This document shows, one piece after another, positions 38,936 through 48,661 of a stretch of 64,000 nucleotides of DNA (positions are counted from its first letter, which is position 1; each line of letters begins with the position of its first letter). The DNA comes from Candidatus Versatilivorator sp. (GTDB lineage: Bacteria; Acidobacteriota; Terriglobia; Versatilivoradales; Versatilivoraceae). Where the stretch lies: the NCBI GenBank assembly GCA_965207735.1, contig OZ242296.1, positions 2,432,001-2,496,000 on the forward strand, given 5' to 3'. The notes beneath the pieces are model-generated. The model did not search any database and was not told the origin of the DNA. It saw only the letters and a list, made by a program, of their open reading frames with translations. The position numbers and the translations under genes are program-made.

Positions 38936-40390
38936 ATGCGCAAGGGAGAGTTTGAATTCTGCGACCAGGTCGAGCGGCTCGATCCAAGGCTCGGCGAGAT
39001 GGGCCGGAGAGATTTTGTCTACCGGTTCGGCAAGGGACTGGGAAGCCTGGCCCTCACCTCGCTCCTCTACGGCGACGGTCGGCTGGCTGCCGCGGCCCGG
39101 GCCGAAAATCCCCTGCTCCCCAAGAAGCCTCACTTCACACCCAAGGCCAAGTCCTGCATTTTCATGTTCATGCAGGGAGCTCCCAGCCAGATGGACACCT
39201 TCGATCCCAAGCCCAAGTTGAACGAGCTCCACGGCAAGCCCATCCTTCGCAAGTACGGAAGCCTGGAAAAGCGGATGTACGTGGGCAGCCCCTTCAAGTT
39301 CAAGAGGCACGGGCAATCGGGAATCGAGATGTCCGACATGTTCACCGAACTTGGGACCTGCGCCGATGACATTGCGGTGGTGCGGGCCATGCACACCAGT
39401 TCGGAAGCCCATACCACGGCCACCTTTTTCATGAACACGGGCGTCACCATACCGGGCAGCCCCTCGGTGGGCGCCTGGACCATCTTCGGCCTGGGAACCG
39501 AGAATCAGAACCTGCCGGCCTTCGTGGTCCTGCCCGACACCCGGACCCGGATCTTCGGCGGTCCTATCAACTGGGCCAACGGCTACCTGCCTGCAGCCAC
39601 CCAGGGAACGCTGCTCAACTCGGAAGGGGACCCCATCGTCGACCTGAGTCCTCCGGCGGAAGTCACGACCCGGCGCCAGGAAAAGAATCTGGAGCTTTTG
39701 AACCAGCTCAATGCTCCCTACCTGGATGTCCATCCCAGGAATCCCAATCTCCTGGCCCGCATGAGGAACTACGAGCTGGCCTTCCGCATGCAGGCCGCGG
39801 TTCCCGAAAGCCTGGACCTCGGCAGCGAGCCCCGGAAGATTCGGGAAATGTACGGCCTCGACAACAAGATCAGCGAGCCCATGGCACGCAAGTGCCTGAT
39901 GGCTCGGCGCCTGGTGGAGCGCGGCGTGCGCTTCGTGCAGATTTACTGCAGCGGCTGGGATTCCCACGAGAACATCGCGGGAGAGCACAAGAAGCGGGGG
40001 ATGGAGACCGACAGGCCCATCGCCGCCCTGCTCAAGGACCTCAAGCAGCGGGGCCTGTTGGACCAGACCCTGGTGGTCTGGGGAGGTGAATTCGGAAGAA
40101 CCGCCGACAACACCATGGACTTCTTCCGCACCGGTCCCGGGCGCGACCACAACAAGAACGCCATGGTGATGTGGCTGGCCGGAGCCGGCATCAAGGGTGG
40201 GACTGTGGTCGGCGAGACCGATGAGCTGGGAATCAAGTGCGTCGAGGACGTCTACCACACCCATGACCTGCACGCCACCATGCTTGGGCTCATGGGTTTG
40301 GACGACATGCGCCTGACCTACTACCACTCCGGAAGATTCAAACGCCTCACCGACCTGGGCGGCAAGCAGATCAAGGAGATCCTGGCTTAA
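38936..40390 (+). CDS. DUF1501 family protein
   Basis: RRDF Tat-like motif, GAPSQMDTFDPKP, ARRLVERGVRFVQ, GGEFGRT. Confidence 0.92.
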   Translation: MRKGEFEFCDQVERLDPRLGEMGRRDFVYRFGKGLGSLALTSLLYGDGRLAAAARAENPLLPKKPHFTPKAKSCIFMFMQGAPSQMDTFDPKPKLNELHGKPILRKYGSLEKRMYVGSPFKFKRHGQSGIEMSDMFTELGTCADDIAVVRAMHTSSEAHTTATFFMNTGVTIPGSPSVGAWTIFGLGTENQNLPAFVVLPDTRTRIFGGPINWANGYLPAATQGTLLNSEGDPIVDLSPPAEVTTRRQEKNLELLNQLNAPYLDVHPRNPNLLARMRNYELAFRMQAAVPESLDLGSEPRKIREMYGLDNKISEPMARKCLMARRLVERGVRFVQIYCSGWDSHENIAGEHKKRGMETDRPIAALLKDLKQRGLLDQTLVVWGGEFGRTADNTMDFFRTGPGRDHNKNAMVMWLAGAGIKGGTVVGETDELGIKCVEDVYHTHDLHATMLGLMGLDDMRLTYYHSGRFKRLTDLGGKQIKEILA

Positions 40391-40391
40391 C

Positions 40392-41531
40392 CTATCCCCA
40401 CTCCACCCGGAAGCGGCAGGCTCGGACGTGGGTGATGCCGTCCAGGGTGGCGTAATAGGTCATCAGCAGGCTGCCGTCGTCCAGGAGCACCAAGTCGGGC
40501 GTCCCGAAGGTGAAGCGGTCCAGGGCATCCCAAAGCCCTCCCGCATCAACGGCAGCTTCCTTCGCCGGGACCACCGGCTCTCCCACCATGCGGTTCGCGA
40601 CAGGATCCCACATCTGGATGGGACCCAACCCGGCCCAGGTCTCCCCGCCGTCCCGTGATCCCCATAGCCGGATACCTTCCGGCACCAGACGATAGTTGCT
40701 GGCCGCCACCACGGAGCCGTCGGGAAGCACGACCGGCGCTGTGACCTGGCCCACGAATCCGATGTCTTCTGGGGCCGTCCAGGTCTGTCCTCCGTCCGAG
40801 GACCAGGAGCGGCGGACCTCGATGGTCTCCTCGGTATCCTCACGGAAGGTCCAGATCAGCGCCAGGATCCGTCCGTCGGGCAGGATGTCGTAGCGGGCGT
40901 CGCAGAGGTTCAGCTCCCCCGAGTGATCGGCCGCCACAACGACGGAGGGATCGAAGGTCTGGCCGTGGTTCCGCGAGAAGATCATGGCCGACCCGTTGGG
41001 ACCGGTGGGAGCCAGCTTGTACTCCAGGGGTACACAGATCTTGCCGTCGGCCAGCGGGAAGGGACGGGAGGTGACTCCCGCCGTGGGCAAGGTAGGATGC
41101 GGAACCGGCCGGGGTTCCGACCAGCTTTGCCCCCCGTCGGCGCTTCGCGTCACCAGCAGCGGGTGCGGCAGAGCTCTCCCCTCCTGGCTGAACATGTAGA
41201 CGCCCGGCCTCAATCCCTCGATGGCTCCGAAAATCACCATCAAATGCCCATCGGCGGTCTGACACAGGCCAGGCGAGACCAACGTGGTGGGAGGGGTGCG
41301 CTTGAGTCCGTCAAACACCACCCGCGGAGCCGACCAGGTGTCGCCCAGATCCTCGGAGGTCTGCATGACCAACAGGCTGTCGACGCTGTGCTTGCTCGAT
41401 CCCTGCCGGTAGGCGCAGCAGACGGACCCGTCCTTGAGGCGCATGGAGAGCGGATAAGCGCAGGCGCTGTTGCTGTCGCCCGCAGCCAGGTTAGACGAAA
41501 CCGCTTGATCGGATAGAATGGTGACCTTCAT
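40392..41531 (-). CDS. BNR/Asp-box sialidase-like protein
   Basis: Multiple SxDxGxTW Asp boxes. Confidence 0.8.
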   Translation of the reverse strand: MKVTILSDQAVSSNLAAGDSNSACAYPLSMRLKDGSVCCAYRQGSSKHSVDSLLVMQTSEDLGDTWSAPRVVFDGLKRTPPTTLVSPGLCQTADGHLMVIFGAIEGLRPGVYMFSQEGRALPHPLLVTRSADGGQSWSEPRPVPHPTLPTAGVTSRPFPLADGKICVPLEYKLAPTGPNGSAMIFSRNHGQTFDPSVVVAADHSGELNLCDARYDILPDGRILALIWTFREDTEETIEVRRSWSSDGGQTWTAPEDIGFVGQVTAPVVLPDGSVVAASNYRLVPEGIRLWGSRDGGETWAGLGPIQMWDPVANRMVGEPVVPAKEAAVDAGGLWDALDRFTFGTPDLVLLDDGSLLMTYYATLDGITHVRACRFRVEWG

Positions 41532-41557
41532 GGATAAAACCTCCTGGTTTGACCGGT

Positions 41558-43315
41558 TCAGGCGGACGTCAGGCTGCCGTCGGGCCTCACCTTCATGTAG
41601 TGTCCGCGAATGCGGGTCGGGGTGCGGTAGGCCTCATGGAAGACCACCAGCACCCGCCCGTCTTTCATCTCGGTCATCCCCATCATCCCCGAACAAAGGG
41701 AGACGCGGGTTTCCCGAGACCAGCTCCGGCCTTCGTCAATGCTGGTCTTCATGAAGATGCCCGAGCCCCGGCTGCCCATGATGAGCACCCCCGAGCTGTG
41801 ACGCAGCAGCTGGGGGCACTCGCCGGTGCAGTCGGAAGGCACCTGCCGGGACCAGGTGAGCCCCTTGTCCCCGGAGCGGCTCATCCACATGAAGGGAGCC
41901 CGCAGGGTCCGGGCGAAGGCCACGATGCTGCCGTCGCCGCATTCCACCCCCATGCACTCGTTGCTGTCGAAGTTCTCGGGGTCGAGGTAGTAGGGGCCCG
42001 TCCAGGTCAGGCCGTCGTCGGTGGAGCGAATGGCCAGCGAGCGGTCGCGCCGCTCGGCGTTCGACTCCACGCTTCCCCCCGCCACCGTTTGCAGGTGGTA
42101 GTAGAACTGAAGCAGGGTGCCGTCCGAGTAGCGGGTGATGGGGGAGTAGGGACCGATCTTTCCCTCCCCGGCCGCGGCCTGCAGAGGCTTCCCGCTCACC
42201 TCCAAGGGCTGGGCCGGAGTCCAGGTTCGCCCCGCATCCTCCGAAAAGGCGACCTTGGGGCCGGCAACTTCGGAGTCCCATTCGTAGGTGTAGAGGCAGG
42301 ACAGGCGACCGTCCCGATGGCCGAAGAAAAACCCCGGCCTGCCGCCGTCGGGCAACTTCTCAACCAGCACCGGCTCCCCCCAACTCCTTCCCTCGTCGCG
42401 AGACCGGACCAGCAGGAAGTCGTTGAAGTGATGCGGGGGCCCGTTGACGCTCATCCACACCAGCAGATCGCCTTCGGCCGTCCGGCAGACCCCGGGATAG
42501 GTCTGGTTGTCGCCGTAACCCTTGTCCGGGTCGGGGTAGGGATAGAAGTAGCCGGGATGCTCCTCGCCGGCGGCACTCCAGGGAGCGTCCAGGTGGCCTC
42601 TCCTTCCCTGTAGGGACAGGCGCCGCATCTTGACCGGGCCCCGGGCCATCACCCCCGCCCGACCGGCCCGCCAGGTCCCGTCCCGGACATCCAGCACCGG
42701 TTCCCCGTCCACCAAGACCTGAATCCGGTCCCCCTCGGCCAGGACGCGGGCCTTTATCCAGCCCGGGGTCGCTTCTTCCCACTCTTCGGGCCGGGGTCCG
42801 CGCTGCACCCAACGCTCGGGCAGCCCGGGATGGGGCGCAAAACCGCCGGCAATGTCCCGCCGGTAACCGGAACCGTCCTGGACAAAGAGGCGCACCGCAT
42901 ACTTGGCTCCCTTTCGCCCCATGTCGTCGAACTCGACGCAGTAGAACCGGCGATCGTCCTGCGCCCGCAAGACGATCGACAGGTTGGTCACCGACCAGTA
43001 GAAGGTCTGAAACTCCAGGCTCAGGTCCGTATCGCTCAAGACCTCCCGGGTGGGATAGGCGAAATCCTCTCGCTTCAGCAGGTCGCTGTAGCGGGCCTTT
43101 CTCTGGTTCCACACCGGTGAATAGAGGATGCCCCGACTGTCCTGGGACCAATCCTCACTACCGACGAAAGTCCAGGAGTCGCGGTCGCCGTTGAGCTGCG
43201 GCTGCAGGGATACTTCAATCGGGGAACCCCCGACGCAGCCGCTCAGGCCGCTCAGAGCCCCGACCATGGCGCCCTTGATGAATTCCCTTCTCGGCAAATT
43301 GCCACCGGTCGACAT
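41558..43315 (-). CDS. Tat-exported sialidase-like protein with N-terminal lectin/DUF1080-like domain
   Basis: RREFIK and LSGC lipobox; five SxDxGxxW boxes in the C-terminal half. Confidence 0.78.
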   Translation of the reverse strand: MSTGGNLPRREFIKGAMVGALSGLSGCVGGSPIEVSLQPQLNGDRDSWTFVGSEDWSQDSRGILYSPVWNQRKARYSDLLKREDFAYPTREVLSDTDLSLEFQTFYWSVTNLSIVLRAQDDRRFYCVEFDDMGRKGAKYAVRLFVQDGSGYRRDIAGGFAPHPGLPERWVQRGPRPEEWEEATPGWIKARVLAEGDRIQVLVDGEPVLDVRDGTWRAGRAGVMARGPVKMRRLSLQGRRGHLDAPWSAAGEEHPGYFYPYPDPDKGYGDNQTYPGVCRTAEGDLLVWMSVNGPPHHFNDFLLVRSRDEGRSWGEPVLVEKLPDGGRPGFFFGHRDGRLSCLYTYEWDSEVAGPKVAFSEDAGRTWTPAQPLEVSGKPLQAAAGEGKIGPYSPITRYSDGTLLQFYYHLQTVAGGSVESNAERRDRSLAIRSTDDGLTWTGPYYLDPENFDSNECMGVECGDGSIVAFARTLRAPFMWMSRSGDKGLTWSRQVPSDCTGECPQLLRHSSGVLIMGSRGSGIFMKTSIDEGRSWSRETRVSLCSGMMGMTEMKDGRVLVVFHEAYRTPTRIRGHYMKVRPDGSLTSA

Positions 43316-43372
43316 GAAATATCTCCTTTGGGCATTCAATTGGCTTGCGTCCTTCTGACATCCACGCCCATC

Positions 43373-43462
43373 TGCTGTCGCCGCCTTCGCGGCTCGGGCA
43401 TTGAGCTATCGGTTTCCATGGGCTTACGCCCACGGCTAAGTGCTGCCGCCGCTTCGCGGCTC
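43373..43462. repeat. REP-like element
   Basis: Direct repeats TGCTGYCGCCGC(C)TTCGCGGCTC around hairpin CCATGGGCTTACGCCCACGG. Confidence 0.75.
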
Positions 43463-43569
43463 CACCGGACCCCCGCCAACGTACCGACGCGACGGAATCA
43501 CCTGGGAGCCCTCGTTCCATGACCTCGTCACACAAAGGACACGAAATTGCAGAAACATTTGGGTGCCGA

Positions 43570-43690
43570 TTGTCATTGAAACAGGTCCGTCTGTCTGTGC
43601 TTATTCGTGTTGATTCGTGTGCATTCGTGGTTCGTCTTTACTAACGATCGGCTGTTTTTCCTCAAATGATCCGCACGGAAGACCAGGCTT
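43570..43690. repeat. Degenerate IS110-end-bounded unit containing ATTCGTG repeats
   Basis: tgtcattgaaacag...ctgtttttcCTcaaatgatccgcacgg..ggCTt; the tail matches the array spacer at 48259-48293. Confidence 0.5.
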
Positions 43691-43693
43691 CGC

Positions 43694-44725
43694 CTAGGCC
43701 TCCCTCCCCACCGGACCTTCCAACACCACCACGTCCACATCCCGGCCCTCCAGCCTGATCTGCCCCGGTAGCCGAGCCAGGGGCTTCAGGCCGAATCGGC
43801 GGAAGCGTTCCTGCTTGCCCTCGTCCGAAGCCGCCACGTAGGCCTGGAGCTGCTCGACCCCGCGAGCCGCGGCCTCCGACAGCAGCCATTGCGTCAAGGA
43901 GTCCGCCCCCTCGGCGTAGTCATCGTGACTGCAGACGTCGATGACCGCCTTGTGGCGCCGATATTCCCCGGGTTCAGGGGTAATGGAGCCAAAGCCCAGA
44001 ACCCGATGGGCAGACTCACCCACCAGGACGCCCAGCACCCCGCCGCGCGGCGCCGCTTCTTCGTGAACCGCCGGAAAGTTGGAGACACACCGCTGCAACT
44101 TGACGTATTTCCCCGAAAGCAGGGCCCGCGGATAGTCCAACACCAGGGTGTTCCAGGGCTGAACCACGAAGCAGGCGAAGGCAGGCAGGTCCCCCCAACT
44201 GGACTGGCGAACCGAGATGGCTTGGCCCGGTGCGAAAAAGGACTCCTCGCACCCAGACGAATCCTCCCGCTCCAACCGCATGACGCCTCCGTTCCACCAG
44301 CGAAACCCGCAGCGGAGATAGACGTTCCGGGGATCTCGGGTGGCCCCCAGGTAGGACACCCGGCAGCCGGCCCGGAAGGAGAGATCCGCCACGGCGGAAG
44401 TCAGGGCTTCGGCCACTCCCAGTCTGCGGCAGTCCGGGTGGGTCAGGACCGATCCGACCACCGAGACTTCCGGTTCCCGGCAGGGAAAGCAGACCGAGGC
44501 CGTTCCGGCCGGACGGCCTTCGATGGTCCCCAGGACCGCCTGGATCCTGAGATGTTGGCTGTAGTCGCCGTTCATGGACCGCAGCCAGTCGTAGTCCCCC
44601 CCGGTCCACTCGGTCCGCCATAACCCGATGAGCGCGTTTTGGCGGGCGGAGTCGATGGGAAAGGTCAGGACCTCGATTTCCAGGCTGCGTCCGTCTCTCA
44701 GCGGGATGGAATATCGGTCTGCCAT
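43694..44725 (-). CDS. Tandem-domain GNAT acetyltransferase
   Basis: VLTHPDCRRLGVA acetyl-CoA motif, Y.RCGF, second GNAT-like half. Confidence 0.75.
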   Translation of the reverse strand: MADRYSIPLRDGRSLEIEVLTFPIDSARQNALIGLWRTEWTGGDYDWLRSMNGDYSQHLRIQAVLGTIEGRPAGTASVCFPCREPEVSVVGSVLTHPDCRRLGVAEALTSAVADLSFRAGCRVSYLGATRDPRNVYLRCGFRWWNGGVMRLEREDSSGCEESFFAPGQAISVRQSSWGDLPAFACFVVQPWNTLVLDYPRALLSGKYVKLQRCVSNFPAVHEEAAPRGGVLGVLVGESAHRVLGFGSITPEPGEYRRHKAVIDVCSHDDYAEGADSLTQWLLSEAAARGVEQLQAYVAASDEGKQERFRRFGLKPLARLPGQIRLEGRDVDVVVLEGPVGREA

Positions 44726-44749
44726 CGGCATCTCCCCCAGGCGGGCCAA

Positions 44750-46222
44750 TCAACTCCCGGCCCGCTCCTCCAGTTGTTTCGCAAAGGGATCCCCGGTACG
44801 CCGCGACCAGGCCAGCAAGGCCTCCCTGAGGGTGCTCGCCGTCGAGGCCCGGTCGGACCGGGCCGCCAGGTTGGCCATTTCGCCGGGATCCTCGCCCAGG
44901 TGGTAGAGTTCGGTCTCGCCGTTCTCATGCAGCACGTACTTCCAGGGCCGGCGCACGATGGCCCGCCAGTTCTCCACCCCGTGCCAACCGGCAAAGTTGC
45001 GAGCCACGTTGTATTGCACGAAACAGTCGCGGGCCGCGGGCTCGGGCTCGGCGCCCCTCAAATAGGGAACCAGACTCTCTCCTTCCAAGCCCAGGGACTC
45101 GACCCCTACGCCGGCCAGGTCCAGCAGCGTAGCCGCCACGTCAACATGGCTGGCGTCCACTCGACACCGCCTGCCCGGCTTGAAGGCCGCCGGCCAGCGC
45201 ATGGCCCAGGGAACCCGGATGGCCTCCTCGTAGGGACAGAACTTTTGCCAAAGCCCGTGCTGTCCCATCATCTCGGCATGGTCGGAGAGCATCACCAGCA
45301 GAGTGTCGTCCAGCAGATCGCATGCTTCCAGGCGCTGGACAAACTGGCCGAATAGCCAGTCGATGTAAGTAGCGTATCCCCAGTAGACGGCGATGGACTT
45401 GCGCCAGGCCGAGAAGTCTTCCCCCCACTCGTTTCTCAAGCGGCGGTAGTAGCTTCCCTCCAGGAAGCCGGGCTCACCCGTGCCCGGATTCCAGTTGTCC
45501 GGTTCGGGGATGTCCTCGGGCTCGTAGAGGTGGTACCAGGGCTCGGGCACCACCAGGGGCGGATGGGGACCCTCCAGGCTGATCACCAGGAAAAAGGGCC
45601 TGTCGGGATCCCGCAGGCCGAACATCTCGAAGCCGTGGCCCAGGATCCAGCGGTTGTGCTCCTTGTCGGCGGGGATGTCCAGGATTCCGGTCTGAGGCAC
45701 CGTCATTCTCGGATAGTGTAAGGAACGATAGGGACCGCTGCGCTCGTCGTCGTGAAAGATGAAGCCGTCGGGGACTCCCTGCCAGCGGCACCACTCGGAG
45801 TAGGAACGGTCCCCATTGTCGCAGGCGCTGACCCAGTCGAACCAGCGCTGAACATTGCGAGTCCCCAGGTGCCATTTGCCGGCGTAGAGGCACTGGTATC
45901 CCTCCTCCCGCAGAAAGTGGGAGATCGGAGGCCGGGTGATCTCCATGTCCGGATACTCGTCCTCTTCTCCCACCCGAAGCGCCCCCAGGTAGGGCAGATG
46001 GGGCATCCCGGCCTGGTGGGGCTGGAACCCGGTAAAGAAGGAAGCCCGGGCCGGAGAGCAGATAGGGCTGGTTGTGCGCAGATTTTCCATCAGGACCCCT
46101 TCCCGGGCCACGCGGTCCCAGGTGGGAGTTCGGCAGGCGGTCCGTCCAAGGATTCCGAGGGTGTCCAATCGCTGATTGTCACTGATCAGGAGGACGATAT
46201 TGGGTCTGGAAGGGGTGCTCAT
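44750..46222 (-). CDS. Formylglycine-dependent sulfatase
   Basis: PNIVLLISD, CSPARASFFTG, GKWHLG, SDHAEM, ELY.L.EDP.E. Confidence 0.93.
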   Translation of the reverse strand: MSTPSRPNIVLLISDNQRLDTLGILGRTACRTPTWDRVAREGVLMENLRTTSPICSPARASFFTGFQPHQAGMPHLPYLGALRVGEEDEYPDMEITRPPISHFLREEGYQCLYAGKWHLGTRNVQRWFDWVSACDNGDRSYSEWCRWQGVPDGFIFHDDERSGPYRSLHYPRMTVPQTGILDIPADKEHNRWILGHGFEMFGLRDPDRPFFLVISLEGPHPPLVVPEPWYHLYEPEDIPEPDNWNPGTGEPGFLEGSYYRRLRNEWGEDFSAWRKSIAVYWGYATYIDWLFGQFVQRLEACDLLDDTLLVMLSDHAEMMGQHGLWQKFCPYEEAIRVPWAMRWPAAFKPGRRCRVDASHVDVAATLLDLAGVGVESLGLEGESLVPYLRGAEPEPAARDCFVQYNVARNFAGWHGVENWRAIVRRPWKYVLHENGETELYHLGEDPGEMANLAARSDRASTASTLREALLAWSRRTGDPFAKQLEERAGS

Positions 46223-46458
46223 GGCTCTGATTGGCTGTGGGAAGAGGTCCCGGCACCGGCGTTCCCGCGGGACCGGCCACTGCAAGAAAGGGGGACATTA
46301 TAGGTCGCCGGCAGACACGATCACAAGGTCCCTGCCCGATCCCCTGGCAAACCCCAACCCCGCTCTGCCGTGCGGACCATGCGACAGCGTGACAACGCAT
46401 TCTTATGGGCGATCGGGAGCAAGAACGATGTCCGGCTTGTCTGAAACAACCCCGCAGT

Positions 46459-47853
46459 TCAAGCGGCTGCGATTTGTGGAACCAGGTTGAAACCAAGAGA
46501 CTTAGCAGCATCTTTGAGGCCCGCGAGGCGTCGTCGCCGGAACCGGTCCTCGTAGCACGCTTCCCCGATGTCGATGTAGTCCTGGCCGTAGCGCAGCATG
46601 CGGTAGACGAGAACGGCCAGCCGGCGGGCCATGGAGAAGACGGCGACGGTCCATCCCTTGTGGCGGGCCTTGCGACGGAAGGCGGCCCCCAGAGCGGTCT
46701 TGGAGTGCTTCAGAGAGACGGCTGCCATGCGCAGGACGGCGGCGGCGCGAGTAGACCCGGTGCTGTTGGCCTTCTTGTAGTGGAGCGGCTTGCCTGCGGA
46801 GACGGCCGTTTTTGGAGCCAGGCGCAGCCAGGATACAAAGTGCTTCTCCGAGGGGAAGGCCGTCAGGTCGAGGCCGGCCTCAGTCAGCAGGGTCAGGGCC
46901 GCTTCGGTGCCGATGCCGTCGATGCGCGTCAGATCGACTCCGGCAAAGCGCCACAGTTCGGTGCGCAGGTGGTGCCCACCGCGGCGGCGAATCGCCTTTT
47001 CCTTGATCGCATTGGGATGCTTCGGCACGGGCTGGTCGTGGCGCTCCACCGGTTGCAGCGCCTGGATTTCCTCCAGGAAGCGGGCCTCATAGGCCGCAAT
47101 CTCGCGTTGAGTCATGTCGTAGAGCTTCAGCGCCGACTTGAGGTTGAACAGATGCTCTTCTCGCCAGTTGCCTCTGAGGTGCTCGGCAAACTCCCGGCTG
47201 GACTTCTTGCACCGTCGGTCCCGCAGACCCGCCAGACGGACCGGGTCCCGTTCTCCGTTGACAATCGCCCGCACGATCGCTATCCCCGTCTGACCGGTCA
47301 GATCGGTGACCGCACGATGGATCTGGACGTTCATCTGATCCAGCGCCTTCTGCATCCACTGCACAAAGCGGGTACTCTCGGCCCCCAGAGTGCTCAGTTG
47401 CCGGTGCAGGGTCCGAACCCGGACGATCGCCTCGTGCGGACGGAAGGATCCCCGCAGCAAGCCGCAACTGTGCAGCAACTGGATCCACTGGCAGTCCCGC
47501 ATGTCGGTCTTGCGGCCCGGAACGTAGCGCAACTGCCGGGCGTTGACCAGCAAGACCTCGATGCCGCAGGACTCCAGCAGTTCGTAGAGGGGAATCCAAT
47601 ACACGTTGGTGCTCTCCATCGCCACCGACTCCACCCCTTGCTCCAGCAACCAGTCGGCCAGTTGCTGCAGTTGCTCCATGGTGGTGCCGAAGGTGCGCAC
47701 GTTCGGCTTCCCTGGGGTCACCTCCAGAGCGCACACCCAGTGCTCCCGACTCCCCAGGTCGATCCCTGCCACCTCGGGGTGGATCCGCGACAAGGCTGTC
47801 GAACGGCTGCGCTTCTTCTTCGTCTTCGTGTTGACTTTCCTGCTCTTTTGCAT
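46459..47853 (-). CDS. IS110 DEDD recombinase/transposase
   Basis: GID, MES, KTDxxD RuvC-like DEDD residues; IDGIG and SAGK in the C-terminal domain; SD GAGGAGG. Confidence 0.96.
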   Translation of the reverse strand: MQKSRKVNTKTKKKRSRSTALSRIHPEVAGIDLGSREHWVCALEVTPGKPNVRTFGTTMEQLQQLADWLLEQGVESVAMESTNVYWIPLYELLESCGIEVLLVNARQLRYVPGRKTDMRDCQWIQLLHSCGLLRGSFRPHEAIVRVRTLHRQLSTLGAESTRFVQWMQKALDQMNVQIHRAVTDLTGQTGIAIVRAIVNGERDPVRLAGLRDRRCKKSSREFAEHLRGNWREEHLFNLKSALKLYDMTQREIAAYEARFLEEIQALQPVERHDQPVPKHPNAIKEKAIRRRGGHHLRTELWRFAGVDLTRIDGIGTEAALTLLTEAGLDLTAFPSEKHFVSWLRLAPKTAVSAGKPLHYKKANSTGSTRAAAVLRMAAVSLKHSKTALGAAFRRKARHKGWTVAVFSMARRLAVLVYRMLRYGQDYIDIGEACYEDRFRRRRLAGLKDAAKSLGFNLVPQIAAA

Positions 47854-47874
47854 GAGATTGGCCTCCTCGGCGGC

Positions 47875-48060
47875 GATCACTCCGGCCCGAGTTGGCGTGG
47901 TCGTTCGGATTCTTGTCTTGAGGAGAGCTTCCCGGGAAGCCTCACTAATGAATGATGACCTGCTCGGACCCAGACTTGCCTTGGGGCACGGGGCACCAAT
48001 GCTGGAACGGGGCGTAGCTGCCGGAGTCTCGCCAGGTGCTTATTCTTTCACAATGATCCG
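47875..48060 (-). ncRNA. Candidate IS110 bridge/seek RNA
   Basis: About 200-nt non-coding upstream end with two stem-loops containing internal loops (GCACC/GGUGC; GGUC/GACC with GCUUCC/GGAAGC) and 7-nt matches to the element end and the flank. Confidence 0.6.
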
Positions 48061-48108
48061 TTGTTTCACCCTCGAATGATCCGCCCGTCGTGGGGGGCGG
48101 GGGCGGGA

Positions 48109-48258
48109 CTTGTCTGAAACAACCGACAAAAGACAAAAGAAAAAGACTTATCCACGAAGGGGCGCGAAGGACCACGAAGGGCCACGAAGGCGCTGAGGTT
48201 GGCCGCGACGGGGTGCCAAGTTCGCGAAGGGTTGATCGATTTCCGATTGTTTCACTCT
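48109..48258. mobile_element. Non-autonomous IS110-ended unit (MITE) 1, 150 bp
   Basis: CTtgtctgaaacaacc...gattgtttcactCT; internal CACGAAG repeats. Confidence 0.75.
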
Positions 48259-48291
48259 ATGTATGATCCGCACGGCAGGGCGGGGACCCGG

Positions 48292-48441
48292 CTTGTCTGA
48301 AACAACCGACAAGAGACAAAAGAAAAAGACTTATCCACGAAGGGGCACGAAGAACGACGAAGGGGCACTAAGGCGCTGAGGTTGGCCGCGACGGGGTACC
48401 AAGTTCGCGAAGGGATGATCGTTTTCCGATTGTTTCACCCT
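48292..48441. mobile_element. Non-autonomous IS110-ended unit (MITE) 2, 150 bp
   Basis: Close copy of 48109-48258 with the same termini. Confidence 0.75.
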
Positions 48442-48661
48442 CGTTTGATCCGCCCCGGGGTAGGGTGGCGTGGGCAGGGCTTGCGGGCAAAGGGCGCCGG
48501 TCGGCGTTCAGAGAAGTCGCCCGCCGGCAAGAAGTGCAAGTCTGCCAAGATCCGAGACGCTCGGCGATTGCCTGTGCTAAGCTTCCCTCCCGAATCGAAG
48601 CCGGAGTTGGCCAGCCCGAATCGCTCCGGAATTTTCGAGTCCCAACCCCGCGAGCAGTCCC

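Larger units (their letters stand above)
46436..48072 (-). mobile_element. IS110-family insertion sequence with short sub-terminal IRs and CT core at both ends
   Basis: IR TGAAACAAC 46442-46450 / GTTGTTTCA 48060-48068; CT at 46436-46437 and 48071-48072; boundaries inferred from sibling repeats. Confidence 0.8.

Noticed and set aside
48073-48481. CRISPR array
   Set aside because: The constant unit is 150 bp and imperfect, the spacers resemble each other, and there are no cas genes
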